Position numbers and translations under genes: made by a program. From an uncultured Methanomicrobiales archaeon (GTDB lineage: Archaea; Halobacteriota; Methanomicrobia; Methanomicrobiales; Methanospirillaceae): a stretch of DNA of 64,000 nucleotides. Numbering within the stretch: the first letter of the stretch is position 1; the number at the start of each line of letters is the position of its first letter. The stretch spans positions 49,813 through 113,812 of the forward strand of contig CAVWXH010000007.1 of the NCBI GenBank assembly GCA_963758915.1, read 5' to 3'. The notes below the pieces were generated by a model. It saw only the letters and a program-made list of their open reading frames with translations, did no database searches and had not been told where the DNA came from. Below are positions 20,327-32,800 of this stretch, piece after piece.

Positions 20327-21317
20327 TTAGAAAAACTCCTGTGCGGCGTACCAGGTATCAGTAGCCTGGTCATATGCTACGCCAACTCCTATGATAGTAA
20401 ACTTCTGTTCATTGGAATCAACAATATTGGCGCGGTGTCCCGGGCTGTTCATCCATGCTTCGACAATGAACCTTGCCAGCTCATCCGGAGTCCCCGGGTA
20501 ATTACTGAGCATTGCGATATTTTCACCGACCCCAACCCGGACATATGTCCCGAAATCCTTTTCCACCAGATAACCATGCCGTACCGCCCTGTCGGCTGGT
20601 GTCTCACCATCAGGATTGATATGGTTAAAAAATCCTCTTGCTGCCATATCGACACAATGGTCACGGCCGATTACTGCAAGTTGCTCGTCCCATTTCAAAG
20701 CGGGTTTTCCAGCATTTGCCCGCTCAATGTTTGTATAATACAAAATTCTCTGCTCGACCTGTCGTGTGGTGTCGTTAACGATAATTGTTGATGGGACCGG
20801 TTTTGCAGGGGCTGATGGGAGTAATGTTGGCAGAGGTACGACAGGTATCGCCGGCTTTATGGTCGGTACAGGTTTTAGTACTACCGGTTTTGACTGGAGA
20901 AACGGGTATTTTTGTGATTTTGTCGTATTGGGATGAACAGGGACAGGAACCCTCCCGGAGAACCCCGATGAATATGCATTTGCCGGGGTTAACGATGTCC
21001 CGGGTGAAGGGATTAACATTGATGACCCGGAAGCAGAAGGCGGGATCAGAAATAAGGGTCTTGACCGGGATTACTGTTGGTTTTGGCAGGATATTTACGG
21101 TATTGAGTGGTCTGGTGATACCATTCGGGAAATACTGCATGCCCGCAGTTGCATCAACGAAGATTACCGCATTTTGTGTCAATGGGTTATCGGTTTCATT
21201 TTCACAGGTATTTTCATAATTCTGCCACGTAACGGCTGATGTCGCAATCACAAGTATTCCTGTAATAAGGAGGACCATGACTGCTATCGTCCGGGCTCTG
21301 GTATTGTGGGCTGCCAT
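20327..21317 (-). CDS. Secreted CAP/SCP-domain protein (one frame break near 21045)
   Basis: Signal peptide in ORF 20775..21350 joins the Pro-rich linker and CAP domain of 20327..21019 (N.ER..AG..L.WD, H..DM...FF.H, GENIA, WMNSPGHRANI). Confidence 0.8.
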
Positions 21318-21555
21318 TTTGTGCTCATGAACGTATCCGGACAATCTCATATACTCTTTCCGGTGAAACTACAAGGTTACGGGTAATTCCTATGATGTTT
21401 CATAACGCTGAAAAATTAAAAGAGACTCCGCTGCAGGGAAAAGCAGGCGCATTCTTCCAACCATTGGCTCCTGTTGCCGGTTCACCTCAAAGGAAATGGT
21501 TAAATGAATTCCAATCCTTTTTATTATGATCGATATCTGAATCACGAGGGATTCA

Positions 21556-22758
21556 ATGAAGAGGAATATCAAAATCGAAGGACTACGTCAAATCCCTCTC
21601 GAACAGCAGGAAATAGAACTGGTCGAGAGAAAATGCATTGGTCACCCTGACAGTATCGCTGATGGCATTGCTGAATCCATCAGCCGTGCCCTTAGCAGGG
21701 CATACTTAGAAGAATGCGGGGCAATACTCCACCACAATACTGACCAGGGGGAGATCGTCGCAGGCGAGTCGGTTCCCCGTTTCGGCGGTGGAAAAGTCAT
21801 AAAACCCATCTATATTTTACTGGACGGGCGTGCCACGAAACATTTTGAGGGTATTGACATCGCGACCGATTCGATCGCCGTGGAAGCAGCCCGGAATTAC
21901 CTCCGGGAGAACCTCACCAATTTAAACCTCGAGCGGGACGTGATCGTAGACTGCAAACTAGGGACGGGTTCGACTGACCTCCGCGATGTCTTCAGGCCAT
22001 GCGACAACAAAGTGCCACGGGCGAACGACACCTCGTTCGGTGTGGGCCATGCGCCATTCTCCGAGACAGAAACAATCGTAATGGAGTCAAGCGACTACAT
22101 CGATACCATATTAAGGCCCGAATTCCCCGCGATAGGGCAGGATATAAAAATCATGGGGCTCCGCGACGGTAATGATATCACGCTCACTGTTGCATGTGCC
22201 ATTGTTGACCGTTATTGTTCAGATATGAAGGAATATCTCGAATATAAAGAGATCCTGAAGGAGAGGCTTGAGAACCTCGCGAAAAAGCACACCGGCAGGA
22301 AGGTTTCTGTCCATATCAACACGGCGGATGATATCGACAATGGATCTGTATTCTTAACAGTGACCGGCACTTCGGCAGAGATGGGTGATGATGGTTCAGT
22401 CGGCCGCGGTAACCGCTGTAACGGGCTTATCACCCCGAACCGCCCGATGAGCATGGAGGCCACAAGTGGCAAGAACCCGATAAATCATATCGGTAAGATC
22501 TATAACCTCCTCTCGACCCAGCTGGCAAGGGACTGCGTAGCGAAGGTGGACGGTATTGAGGAGATATATATCCGGCTTCTCTCGCAGATTGGAATGCCGA
22601 TTGACCTTCCACTGGTTGCAAGTGTCCAGGTATTGCCGAAGCCGGGTTACGAACTGCATGCTATTACCCGCGATATCGATGCAATTGTAAATGACGGCCT
22701 GGCAGACGTTACCTGTGTGACCGGGAAAGTCATCAGCGGGGAGATCAGGACCTTCTGA
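21556..22758 (+). CDS. mat: Archaeal methionine adenosyltransferase
   Basis: [47 protein letters not shown]. Confidence 0.95.
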   Translation: MKRNIKIEGLRQIPLEQQEIELVERKCIGHPDSIADGIAESISRALSRAYLEECGAILHHNTDQGEIVAGESVPRFGGGKVIKPIYILLDGRATKHFEGIDIATDSIAVEAARNYLRENLTNLNLERDVIVDCKLGTGSTDLRDVFRPCDNKVPRANDTSFGVGHAPFSETETIVMESSDYIDTILRPEFPAIGQDIKIMGLRDGNDITLTVACAIVDRYCSDMKEYLEYKEILKERLENLAKKHTGRKVSVHINTADDIDNGSVFLTVTGTSAEMGDDGSVGRGNRCNGLITPNRPMSMEATSGKNPINHIGKIYNLLSTQLARDCVAKVDGIEEIYIRLLSQIGMPIDLPLVASVQVLPKPGYELHAITRDIDAIVNDGLADVTCVTGKVISGEIRTF

Positions 22759-22773
22759 TCCTGCACTAATAAG

Positions 22774-23685
22774 ATGAGCATTACCACAATCAATGAAAGG
22801 ACGCCTGAAGGGGATGACCTCCCCTATGTCGTCCGACTTGCAATTCCCAATAAAGGCCGGATATCCATCCCAATCCTTGAGCTGATGGAGAAATCCGGCC
22901 TGCATCTTCTTGATGCAGGTGAAAGACGCCTGATTTCACGTACTCCTGACCCGCATATCGAGGTGCTGTTCGCCCGGCCGATCGATATCCCGGAATATGT
23001 CGCGACAGGTGCTGCCGATATGGGGATTACCGGGCATGACATGGTGGCTGAACGGGGTGTACAGGTAGATGAACTTCTTGACCTCCAGTTCGGTCGTGCG
23101 ACACTTGTCCTGGCGGTGCAGGAAGGCTCGCCTGCACAATCTGTTAATGATCTCATGGACGCAAAAATTGCGACAGAATTTCCTGGTATTGCGCAATCTT
23201 ACTTTGCAGAAAAAAATATTCCGGTACACATTGTCCAGGTTGGCGGGGCCTGCGAGGCAACACCCTATCTTGGTATCGCGGATGCAATCATCGACCTTTC
23301 AAGTTCAGGGGACACGCTCCGGTCGAACCGCCTGCGTGTGATCTCCGAAGTAATGAAGACAAGCACGGTGGTGATTGCGAACCGTGATGCACGGGCAGCA
23401 AAGTCAGAGAAGGTCGAAGAGATCGTGCTGGCACTGGAAAGTGTGATCCGTGCCCGCGGGCAGTGCTACCTGATGATGAACGTCCGGCGTGCATGTCTTC
23501 CGGATGTCAAGCGGGTGCTCCCCGGGTTGTCAGGGCCGACCGTGATGGAAGTTGCAGCCAGCGAAGACCTTGTGGCCGTGCATGCGGTGGTAAGCGAGGA
23601 CCGGGTATACCGCCTGATTAACCTGCTGAAACGGGCAGGGGCGCGGGACATCCTTGTGATGTCGATTGAACGGATGATCCGCTGA
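22774..23685 (+). CDS. hisG: ATP phosphoribosyltransferase (long form)
   Basis: AIPNKGR, RPIDIP.YV..G.AD.GITG.D, C-terminal LPGLSGPTV regulatory domain. Confidence 0.95.
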   Translation: MSITTINERTPEGDDLPYVVRLAIPNKGRISIPILELMEKSGLHLLDAGERRLISRTPDPHIEVLFARPIDIPEYVATGAADMGITGHDMVAERGVQVDELLDLQFGRATLVLAVQEGSPAQSVNDLMDAKIATEFPGIAQSYFAEKNIPVHIVQVGGACEATPYLGIADAIIDLSSSGDTLRSNRLRVISEVMKTSTVVIANRDARAAKSEKVEEIVLALESVIRARGQCYLMMNVRRACLPDVKRVLPGLSGPTVMEVAASEDLVAVHAVVSEDRVYRLINLLKRAGARDILVMSIERMIR

Positions 23686-23690
23686 CCTGT

Positions 23691-24401
23691 ATGATAGTTT
23701 TTCCTGCAGTTGACATCCTTGACGGGCGGTGTGTCCAGCTGGTCCAGGGCAGGCGTGAGACAGCCACGTTTTTTGGCGAGCCACGTACCTGTGCAACGAG
23801 GTGGCTCTCCGAGGGAGCTGATGCACTTCATGTAATCAATCTCGATGGGGCCTTTGGCAATGCCGCCAGGAATGTTTACCTTATCCGGGATCTTGTCAGC
23901 GAGACCGGGGTCACCATCCAGCTTGGCGGGGGAATCCGGACCGTAGAGGATGCTGCGGGCTGGCTTGAGGCCGGGGTTGAACGGGTAATCCTTGGTACCG
24001 TGGCAATAACAACCCCCGGGATTATCCGGACTCTTGCAGACAGGTTTGGCAGTAAACGGATAATGGCCGGTGTAGACGCCCGTGGAGGAGAGATTGCCAT
24101 AGAAGGATGGCAGAAGACTGCAGGGGACTACATGGTATGGGCAGAACGTTTTGAATCCCTTGGTGCAGGGTCCCTCCTGTATACCAATGTCGATGTGGAA
24201 GGACTTCAGGGAGGCGTGAATTTTCCCCCTGTAAAAGCCCTTCTTGACCGGGTACATATCCCGGTCACCGTTGCCGGGGGCGTCTCCAGCATAGATGATA
24301 TTAATGGTCTCGCCCATATTGGAGTATATGGTGCGGTACTCGGGTCCTCGCTCTATAGCGGAAGGATCCGGCTCCGCGATGCACTGGAGGCAGCACGATG
24401 A
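23691..24401 (+). CDS. hisA: ProFAR isomerase
   Basis: [35 protein letters not shown]. Confidence 0.93.
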   Translation: MIVFPAVDILDGRCVQLVQGRRETATFFGEPRTCATRWLSEGADALHVINLDGAFGNAARNVYLIRDLVSETGVTIQLGGGIRTVEDAAGWLEAGVERVILGTVAITTPGIIRTLADRFGSKRIMAGVDARGGEIAIEGWQKTAGDYMVWAERFESLGAGSLLYTNVDVEGLQGGVNFPPVKALLDRVHIPVTVAGGVSSIDDINGLAHIGVYGAVLGSSLYSGRIRLRDALEAAR

Positions 24402-24979
24402 GGAGGACTGAACAGAAAAGGACCACAAAGGAGACAGATGTCCACGTGGTCTTTGATCCGGACGGGTTACAGGCCTGTCCGGTTGATACCGGTATACCGT
24501 TTTTTGACCATATGCTCGCTGCACTCGGCAGGCATGGAAGAATCGGACTGACCATTACCGCGAAGGGAGACCTCGAGGTTGACACCCATCATACAATCGA
24601 GGATATCGGGATCGTCCTTGGGGATGCCATACGATTATCAACCGGTGACGGACGCGGCATACGGCGGTTTGCCCATGCAATTGTGCCGATGGACGAGTCC
24701 CGTGCTACGGTTGTGCTCGATTGCGGGGGGCGGGGGTACCTGCTCTTTGAAGGGAAGTTCACAGGAAAGACTATCGGTGGTATAGATGCCGATATTTTCG
24801 AGCATTTCTTTTACAGCCTGTGCACTCGTGCCGGGATCACTGCACACGTCCAGTTTATCGGACGGAATGACCACCATAAATGCGAAGCGATATTCAAGGC
24901 ATTCGGAATTGCCCTTGGTGAAGCACTCTCACACCGTGACCATGATGACCAGGTGCCCAGTACAAAAGGGACGTTCTGA
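24398..24979 (+). CDS. hisB: Imidazoleglycerol-phosphate dehydratase
   Basis: [39 protein letters not shown]. Confidence 0.95.
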   Translation: MRRTEQKRTTKETDVHVVFDPDGLQACPVDTGIPFFDHMLAALGRHGRIGLTITAKGDLEVDTHHTIEDIGIVLGDAIRLSTGDGRGIRRFAHAIVPMDESRATVVLDCGGRGYLLFEGKFTGKTIGGIDADIFEHFFYSLCTRAGITAHVQFIGRNDHHKCEAIFKAFGIALGEALSHRDHDDQVPSTKGTF

Positions 24980-25103
24980 ATAACCGGGGACAACGCCAAC
25001 ATGAACCTGTACGTCCCCACGTACAAAATAAAACAATTGCCACCTTGATCAGATTTAATCCCGGATGGACCGGATATTTTTCCAATTAGAGAAAGGGGGA
25101 ATA

Positions 25104-25310
25104 TTATGCTGACTTTGCAGCCAGCTCTACATCCTCTTCCTTGATCGTCTTACGTCCCGCGTGGAGCGCGAGCCTGTTTGCCTCTTTGGTCAGGTGTGCA
25201 ATGTATGCCTCTGCCTTAGCAACAAGTGCAGCAGCTGCGTCGCTGCCCACTCTCTCTGCTCCATTTTTCTTTGCAATCCTTACAACTGCAGCAATAGGTA
25301 AATCTGCCAT
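25104..25310 (-). CDS. Archaeal histone (HMf family)
   Basis: LPIAAVVRIAKKNGAERV..DA...HAGRKTIKEEDV. Confidence 0.95.
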   Translation of the reverse strand: MADLPIAAVVRIAKKNGAERVGSDAAAALVAKAEAYIAHLTKEANRLALHAGRKTIKEEDVELAAKSA

Positions 25311-25340
25311 TGTATTACCTCAAACAAAAATGTATTAGCA

Positions 25341-25357
25341 AATATTTAAACGTTTCG
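25341..25357 (-). promoter_or_regulatory. BRE/TATA promoter of the histone gene
   Basis: Minus strand CGAAACG-TTTAAATA, ~35 bp upstream of ATG; GAGGT RBS. Confidence 0.6.
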
Positions 25358-25500
25358 TGATTCTTGTCCAATTATTTGCAGATTATGCTATCCGGGGCAT
25401 CTTTGCAGGGAATGTCTCTATCCCATGGCATATTGGGAGTATCCCGAAAAATAAGCCTGATCCTCTTATTATTACCCGTATAAAAGCCATAAAAGCGACA

Positions 25501-26251
25501 TTATAATTTAGAGAGAGAATCTGCAAGCATTATCGCATTGCGGTAATCTGGAGAAGCGCGCGAAGTATCCACAAAAATTCTATCGATATTTACCACAGGT
25601 GCACCATGACCGTGACCGGCACCAAGGAAGGTGAGTGTCCGGAACATCAGGTTCCCTGTTATCCCATCCGGGGCGATTATAACCCCTGCCTCTGAAATTG
25701 CGTCTTCAACAAGGATTTCATAATGGGTTTCCCCGGTTAACCGGGCGACAAGCTCAGCGTCTGCCATACTCCGGTCGACCCTGCGGCTCCGGCCTACATC
25801 GCCGAGCCTGCCTCCGGAAAGGATGGCCACCCGCGTGGAAAGGCCGAATTTTCGTGCAATTTCCCTGCCTTTTGTTACAAAGACCACTTTTTCCGTGACC
25901 GTCCAGCCCTCATCGACCCCTACCGGTGCTAGCAGGAATTTCTTTCCCCCCGCGGTCTCGAGGAGGGCAATTCTTTCAAGCTTATCAACGCCGGCTGCCT
26001 TTTTCAGTGCGCTGAGTGTCGCATTTGCCGGCAGTGTACCCCGGATTGCTGCCCTGATGGTACCCTGCATGAGGTCAGTCACCAGGTCCTGTTCCGGACG
26101 TGCTGAGGTATGAATGGTGAGAGTTACCGGCCCCGGGACTAACGGTACCAGGTTTGCAATAAATGGCGACCTGATCGCTGATTCCCGAATTAATAATGCT
26201 GGATATGACTTTCCTGGTATCTTCTCCGATCCCGATACCAATCATCTTCAT
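25501..26251 (-). CDS. mtxX: Methanogenesis marker Mmp4/MtxX (frame break near 26122)
   Basis: True N-terminus MKMIGIGIGED overlaps the marker 2 stop (ATGA); RGTL, LAPVGVDEG, SGGR..D.GR, APDGITGNL.FR, FVDTSR. Confidence 0.8.
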
Positions 26252-27255
26252 ACACAGTCACCAGGCCCGGTAAAGAGCCGCATGATGCCGTTTTTTGAAA
26301 AATCAAAGACGAGTGATTCCTGGTCTTCGTAGGTAATTACCAGGTCCTTGCTGGTATTTACCGTCCCTATCACCTTTGCCGTCATCCCCACCGTGGAAAA
26401 CCGTGAACATACTTCATCTGCATTTTTTTCGTTCACCGTCAGAATAAATCCCATACCCGGGTACATACGTACCCACTGCTCGAATGAGATATTATTCTCC
26501 TTCAGGTCCGGATGCGGTATTTTTCCGAGATCGATTGTTGCACCCTTGTTGCTTACCTCAAGGAGCATCCCAAGGGTACCGATCACACCCGGGTTGCTGA
26601 TATCTTTACCCGCGGTAAGCAGGTGCTCCTGGCCAAGCTGTTCAAGCAGCTGGATCTGTGCCCGCACGTACGATGCAGATTTCATCGTCACCGAGTCCCA
26701 GTTAAGGAAACAGGATGGGTGTACCCTGCCACTCAGGTCAATTGCGGCCACCACAAGGTCCCCGTCCTGTGCCGTGTGCGAGTAGATAACCGAATCAACA
26801 TCTGCAACCCCTATGATGGCCACATCGATTACGCTGTACGGAGTATCAGGGTGAAGGTGCCCCCCGACGATGGGCACACCGAACTGGGATGATGCATCAT
26901 GCATCCCGTCAATCACCTGTTTCCTGATGGAATTGTCTGATATTGAAAACACATCGACCATGGCAACAGGTTTCCCGCCCATCGCAGCGATATCATGGAT
27001 ATTGACAAGAACTGAGCAGTAGCCGGCCCAGTATGGGTCGGCCTCCATCAGCTTGCTCCATATCCCGTCTGCTGCGAGGAGGAGTGCTTCATTCCCATGT
27101 CTGATGACTGCTGCGTCCTCGCCAAACGAGGCCATTACGTCAGGGGTGTCGATCCGGATCGCCTTGACCATCTCACCGATGGCGTGCTTCCGTTTCACTC
27201 CTTCATAGTCCCTGACGACACTTGCTATTTTTTCTGTGGAGCAATAAAAAACCAC
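26248..27255 (-). CDS. Methanogenesis marker 2 protein (AIR synthase/PurM-like)
   Basis: YEGV.RK..I, GEDAAVI, LVNIHDIAAMGG.P, VGGH.HPD, KDISNPG..GT; start uncertain. Confidence 0.85.
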   Translation of the reverse strand: MVFYCSTEKIASVVRDYEGVKRKHAIGEMVKAIRIDTPDVMASFGEDAAVIRHGNEALLLAADGIWSKLMEADPYWAGYCSVLVNIHDIAAMGGKPVAMVDVFSISDNSIRKQVIDGMHDASSQFGVPIVGGHLHPDTPYSVIDVAIIGVADVDSVIYSHTAQDGDLVVAAIDLSGRVHPSCFLNWDSVTMKSASYVRAQIQLLEQLGQEHLLTAGKDISNPGVIGTLGMLLEVSNKGATIDLGKIPHPDLKENNISFEQWVRMYPGMGFILTVNEKNADEVCSRFSTVGMTAKVIGTVNTSKDLVITYEDQESLVFDFSKNGIMRLFTGPGDCV

Positions 27256-27340
27256 GGTACCACCATCAACCCGGAAATGTAGTATTGTTATTTCGGTGTC
27301 ATCAGACATAATTTATTTGATATACCGTCAAAGTTTCACC

Positions 27341-28774
27341 ATGGACTGGACAGAGAAATACCGGCCTGCACATCTTGCTGATATTGTAGGGAACGGTACC
27401 GCTGTCCGCCAGATGCTCGACTGGGCACGGGGATGGAAACGCGGCACGAAACCGCTCATACTCTATGGGAAACCTGGTATCGGCAAGACCTCCGCGGCCT
27501 ATGCCCTTGCAAATGATATGCAGTGGGAGGCGATGGAGCTCAATGCGAGTGACCAGAGGACAAAAGCGGTCATCGAACGTGTTGCAGGTGCAGGCAGTAC
27601 ATCCGGCAGTCTTACCGGGGCTACAAGGAGGCTGGTTGTCCTTGATGAGGCGGACAACCTGCAGGGCACTGCTGACAAAGGCGGGGCGAAAGCAATCCTT
27701 GATATTATCCGGGACGCACGCCAGCCCATTATCCTGATTGCAAATGACCTGTACGGGCTTGCCGCGGACCTTCGTGCCGCGTGTGATCCCGTCCAGTTCA
27801 AGGCCCTTCCCGCACGGTCCCTTGCCCCCCACCTGAAATATATCTGTTCCGTGGAGAAGGTGCAGTGCAATGACCAGGCCTTAAAAGATATCGCCGAGAA
27901 CTCCGCGGGTGATATGAGGGCTGCCGTCACGATGCTGTACGCCGCAGCAATCGGAAAAGAGAGGATCGACGAACCTGATATCAGGACATCGATGAAAGAC
28001 GGGCGTGCGAGCATATTCCAGCTCATCCCTGCGGTATTCGGCAGGACCGCGGGTGATGACCTGATCCGGATGTCATATGAAATTGATGATACGCCGGATG
28101 TCATCGAGCAGTGGATTGAGGCGAACCTTGGCACTCTCAGGAACCCGGAAGAAGCAGCACTTGCCTACCGGTACCTCTCCCGGGCAGATGAATATATAGG
28201 CTATACGTATCGCCAGCAATATTACACGCTCTGGCGTTATGCCACGGTAACCATGCTGTTAGGGACAAATATCGCATCAGGGGGCCATGGGATCCATGAA
28301 AGGGTATCATCACCCCGCCGGTGGCAGAGGATGGCATCCTCAAGGCGCCAGAAAGGTATACGTACCGCACTGCTTGGTAAGTGTGGTGGGCTCATGCATA
28401 TGCCCCAGCAGACTGTCCGTGACGGGTACCTGAGCCTTCTCTCAATTATAGCCGAAAAGGACCCGCTTACTTTTGCAAGGAATCTTGACCTCGACGCAGA
28501 CCAGCTGGCACTTCTTATCCATGACCGGGTTAAGGCAACCACCATAGCAAAACAGATCGCAGGCGAAAAGAGGGAAGAAGATAAAAAAGAGAAGATAAAA
28601 GCCCAAAAAAAACCGGTAGCTGAACCGAAAAAAAACAAGCAGCCTGTTGAGGGACCGACCGAAGCAACAACCCGGGCGGTGGAACCAGTCCAGCCAGCTG
28701 AACCGGAACCTTCCCCACCTGCACAGGAGGAGAAACAACCAAAGGGCGGAGGGCGGCAGTCAACCCTTTTCTGA
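27341..28774 (+). CDS. rfcL: Replication factor C large subunit
   Basis: WTEKYRP, GKPGIGKT, ELNASDQR, LDEAD, GDMRAA, C-terminal PIP box QSTLF. Confidence 0.93.
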   Translation: MDWTEKYRPAHLADIVGNGTAVRQMLDWARGWKRGTKPLILYGKPGIGKTSAAYALANDMQWEAMELNASDQRTKAVIERVAGAGSTSGSLTGATRRLVVLDEADNLQGTADKGGAKAILDIIRDARQPIILIANDLYGLAADLRAACDPVQFKALPARSLAPHLKYICSVEKVQCNDQALKDIAENSAGDMRAAVTMLYAAAIGKERIDEPDIRTSMKDGRASIFQLIPAVFGRTAGDDLIRMSYEIDDTPDVIEQWIEANLGTLRNPEEAALAYRYLSRADEYIGYTYRQQYYTLWRYATVTMLLGTNIASGGHGIHERVSSPRRWQRMASSRRQKGIRTALLGKCGGLMHMPQQTVRDGYLSLLSIIAEKDPLTFARNLDLDADQLALLIHDRVKATTIAKQIAGEKREEDKKEKIKAQKKPVAEPKKNKQPVEGPTEATTRAVEPVQPAEPEPSPPAQEEKQPKGGGRQSTLF

Positions 28775-29179
28775 ACCGGTATCCTGCCTGTAATACCGGT
28801 GCAGGATCACCCCGCAGTCTATTAATTCCCCGCCATCACCGTACCACTCAAAGCCGAGGTGGTACACGAGGAGATCACAGTTGAGTTTTCGTGCCAGTTC
28901 CTTCATCGGTGGCACCATTTCTTCGGCCGGCCGGACTGAATATAGGAGATCAGCCCCGCGATATTGTCCGGTATCCGGGAAAAATATATCGTCACGGGTG
29001 AAATAGATCCCTTCGGGAGGCACCTGCTGTTTTATGTCGGTACACCGGCAGCTGATACCCGCTGATATGATACATTCCGCTGCGGTGAAATTGTGTCCGA
29101 CGCCGATTTCTACCGGGTTGTTGTAGTGCTCTGCGATGTACCTGCCGATGCAATGCTCAATACGTTTATACCCGTCCAT
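28760..29179 (-). CDS. UPF0146 family protein
   Basis: VEIGVG, TDI, DDIF.P....Y.GADL.YS.RP..E. Confidence 0.8.
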   Translation of the reverse strand: MDGYKRIEHCIGRYIAEHYNNPVEIGVGHNFTAAECIISAGISCRCTDIKQQVPPEGIYFTRDDIFFPDTGQYRGADLLYSVRPAEEMVPPMKELARKLNCDLLVYHLGFEWYGDGGELIDCGVILHRYYRQDTGSEKG

Positions 29180-29196
29180 TCCAGTATAGTATTGGA

Positions 29197-29745
29197 ATGG
29201 ACGTCCATATTTTTTGGGATCATGGTGCGCCGGAAGGACTGGCCAGACCGTCCGGGAGGGCGATAGCTTCGATCACCGGCACCACGGTCAAAGTCTGTGA
29301 GAGTCCGCTGGTCCTTAACGGGTATATCGGGCACCGGAGGCAGGTTGATGCCGGGGTGGTACTCGATGGAATCGGTACCTTTATGCACCGTCAGGGTATC
29401 CCGGGGCCTGTGCTCCTCGTGATCGGGCAGGACATCTTTGCAACAGGACTCGACTTCGTGTTCGGGCTTGCCCGGCCACCAACACGGGCATCTGTTATTT
29501 CTGGTGTACGCCTCAGCAATGAATACTATGGGCGCCGGCCAAACGATGAAGACCTCATTGAACGCCTTGCAAAAGAAGGCTCTCATGAATTGGGGCATAT
29601 TTATGGGCTTTCTCATTGTGACAACCATGAATGCATTATGTTTAACCCCCACACGCTCGATGAACTGGACGGGAAAAAGAAAGAGTTCTGCCCGGTATGT
29701 TCTGTTGCATTAGAGAAGGGAAAATCTGAAATGCTCGTTTATTGA
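29197..29745 (+). CDS. amzA: Archaemetzincin Zn metalloprotease
   Basis: FVFGLA, HELGHIYGLSHC....CIM......LD.K...FCPVC. Confidence 0.88.
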   Translation: MDVHIFWDHGAPEGLARPSGRAIASITGTTVKVCESPLVLNGYIGHRRQVDAGVVLDGIGTFMHRQGIPGPVLLVIGQDIFATGLDFVFGLARPPTRASVISGVRLSNEYYGRRPNDEDLIERLAKEGSHELGHIYGLSHCDNHECIMFNPHTLDELDGKKKEFCPVCSVALEKGKSEMLVY

Positions 29746-29888
29746 CCTGTTTTCTTCGGTCAACCTGTGATAATGGGCCTTATTGGTTGTATAATCATAA
29801 CCTGACCCTTAAAAAACCGTAATAGTAACGGGATCTAACGAAAAAAAGCAAGAAAAAACTATTTTTTCCAGATCGGAAAAAATGGGAA

Positions 29889-32800
29889 CTATTCCCAACT
29901 CAGATGCTTATCCAGAATACGCCGGAGACCAGGGGGAACCTGCTGGTCACTGTCTCGTTGGGTAACAATGACTTCAGCTCCGGTAACGGGTGCTGGAATA
30001 GCTGTTCTCTGAAATTATTTTCCTGTTATCAACTGTTGTGGCGGCGAACTGTGAAAATGATGATGTTCCAGGGCTTTTTACCGGCATAACCGGGGTATTG
30101 GCTGTGAACTGTCTGCCGGTGTCCGTTGAAGCGCCGCCCAGGTAACCCTGGGGGGCGGTCATTCCCACGTTTTGTGGAATAATTGCTTTAGGTGTACCGG
30201 ATTTAATAAACTTTGACACTCCGCTGGAAGCAACGCTGGATGCCGGGGTTGCAACCGTTACGGTGTATTGATACCGTTCACCGAATGGCACATGAACGGT
30301 AGCCCCGCTCTCACTTGTCACCGTATACATCATGACAAACGACAGATTGTATGTACCGTTCTTCATCGGGCATGGGACATTTATCGTGAATGGGAACGTG
30401 TAGCTCTGCCCTGGTTTTACAACGACGTTTTCAGGCAGCCAGTACTTTGGTGGTACGAATGTGAACCCGTCGGCTGAAGAGGGCGAGAGGAAGACCCCGT
30501 TCTTTGAAGTCCAGTTAACAGTCCCTGTGTTCTCAACTCTTACATTGACCTGGTACGAATGGCAGGACATCATGGTCTTCGGGAAATCATTTCCGACGAA
30601 TTTCGAATCGTATGGTAAACCGGGTCCTTTAAGTGGTAAGGGGTTTGGTGCCGCGATATTTCCACCTTGACTGGGGTTTCGGTTTTCCACCGAGCGGGTA
30701 ATAGTCGCTGTTGTTGGCGTCAATTACATACGCATGGTCAACGATCCCGTCACCACGGTCATAAAGGGCGGTTTGTGAGAATCCTGTGCCATTCGGGTCA
30801 GCCCAGTAGTTTCCTCCAAGCATTGGTCCGTGGTTAATGTTGCCGCCTGCTGGCGCCGGGATCGGGGTAGGCAGGTTCCAGATGTTCCTGCTTACACCAT
30901 CGGTCTGGACATTCTGGTTGTTATTGAAATAATTGTTGAAGATCGTGTTGTTGTTCGCGTTGGAGATAGAGATCCCGCTGACGTTGTTGTATGTGATGAA
31001 GTTGCCTGAGACCGTGTTTTGTTCAGAACCATTCGTAATATTGAACCCTGACTGGTCATTGTAGCTGATATTATTATTGCTGATAGTGTTCCCGCTGCTT
31101 GGATCGATGAAGACCCCGTTCTGGTCGTTGAAAGTGATGGTGTTACCTGATACCGTGTTGTTGAATGAATTGAGTATTGAAACTCCGTTACCCTGGTTCT
31201 GGCTGATGAAATTACCTGCCGTAATGTTGTTATCCTGGGAATTATCAGTCACATTGAACCCGTTCCTGCCGTTTGAAGTGACAGTATTACCAGTAAAGTC
31301 GTTGCTGTAGGTGTCGTTTAAGTAGAACCCGTCAAAGAGGTTGTTGCTGGCGACATTGCTGGTGAATACGTTGTCAAACGTGGTACCTGACCCGTGCAGC
31401 CTGAACCCGTTCATGTCGTTGTTTGAGGCATTGTTGCCACTGAATGTGTTCAATGCCGCCAGGTCAAGGTTGAATCCGTTCATATCGTTGTTCTGGGCAT
31501 TGTTGTTCACGAAATTGTTGTTATTTGCCCCTTCAATAAGCATGAACCCGTTCATGTCATTGTCCCTGGCATTGTTGTTCAGGAAATCATTGTTGCTCGC
31601 ACTTCCGTTAACCATGAACCCGTTCCAGTTGTTGTTGTATGCATTGTTACCAGTAAAGGTATTATCCTGTGTCTGGATTCCCTGGACCACGAAACCGTCA
31701 TTCGTGTTTAAACTAGCGTTATTCCCTGTCACCGTGTTGTTGCTGGATTCCTCGATATAGATACCGATAAGGTTCTGCTGGGCATTGTTGCCAGTTACCG
31801 CGTTCCAGTGGGAATTGTTGAGGTGGACTCCGTGGTAGCTGTTGTTGAACGCGGTGTTCTGGTCTATGGTGTTGTGATCTGATCCATCCATGTAGAAACC
31901 GTCGAAGAGGTTATCCGACGCATTGTTGTTTCTAACCGTATTATTGTTCGATCCAGCCAGGAATACTCCGTCATCCCCGTTACGGAATGCAGTGTTGCCG
32001 AGGAGGGTATTATTATCCGATCCTGCAAGGACAATCCCGTCTCCACTATTGTCTGATGCATTGTTTGTGATCAGCTGGTTCCGTTGTGAGGAGATGAGTA
32101 CAATTCCGTCCGTATTCGCGGTTGCAGTGTTTCCGGTAAGGTTGTTGTTGTCCGACTGGGAGACCAGGAACCCGAAGAAGGTGTTTTGATTTGCAGTATT
32201 ACTGGTCAGGTTATTGTTGTCAGAGTTGGCAACCATGAACCCGGCAAACAGGTTCTGTTCAGCGGTGTTCTGGTCGAGGTTATTGTTCATGCTGTTGTCG
32301 AGCCTGATACCGACAAGGCCGTTTGAACCGGCGTAATTGTGGTCAAGCGTGTTATTATCCGAATCATGGAGGTTGATACCAATCCAGTTGTTCAGGGAAG
32401 CATTGTTCCCCGAGAGGGTGTTGTAATCGGAGTTGTTGAGGCGGAACCCGGTCCGGTTATTGCCGATCGCATCGTTGCCGCTGAGGTTGTTGTTGTTTGA
32501 GTCCCTCAGGATGAAGCCGTATTCCTGTGCATTCTGCGGTGTGAGGTTACCGGCATGGTTCCCCGTGAGGTCGTTGGAGTCTGATGAACCGAGGTAGAAT
32601 CCGGCAAAGTTACCTGCAGCCGTGTTGTTGGTCAGGGTGTTGTCAACGGAATCGTTGACTGCAAACCCGGCAAATCCGTTATTATAGGCCGTGTTGTTGA
32701 AGAGCGTGTTGTTGTTGCTCATCGTCACTTCGAAGCCGTTTATGACGTTACCGGTAGCCCTGTTATCGATCAGGGTATCCTGGAACGACCCGTTGAGGTC

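Noticed and set aside
23466-24524. 352-aa antisense ORF over hisG/hisA, and similar shadow ORFs elsewhere
   Set aside because: Opposite well-conserved genes, with no recognisable motifs
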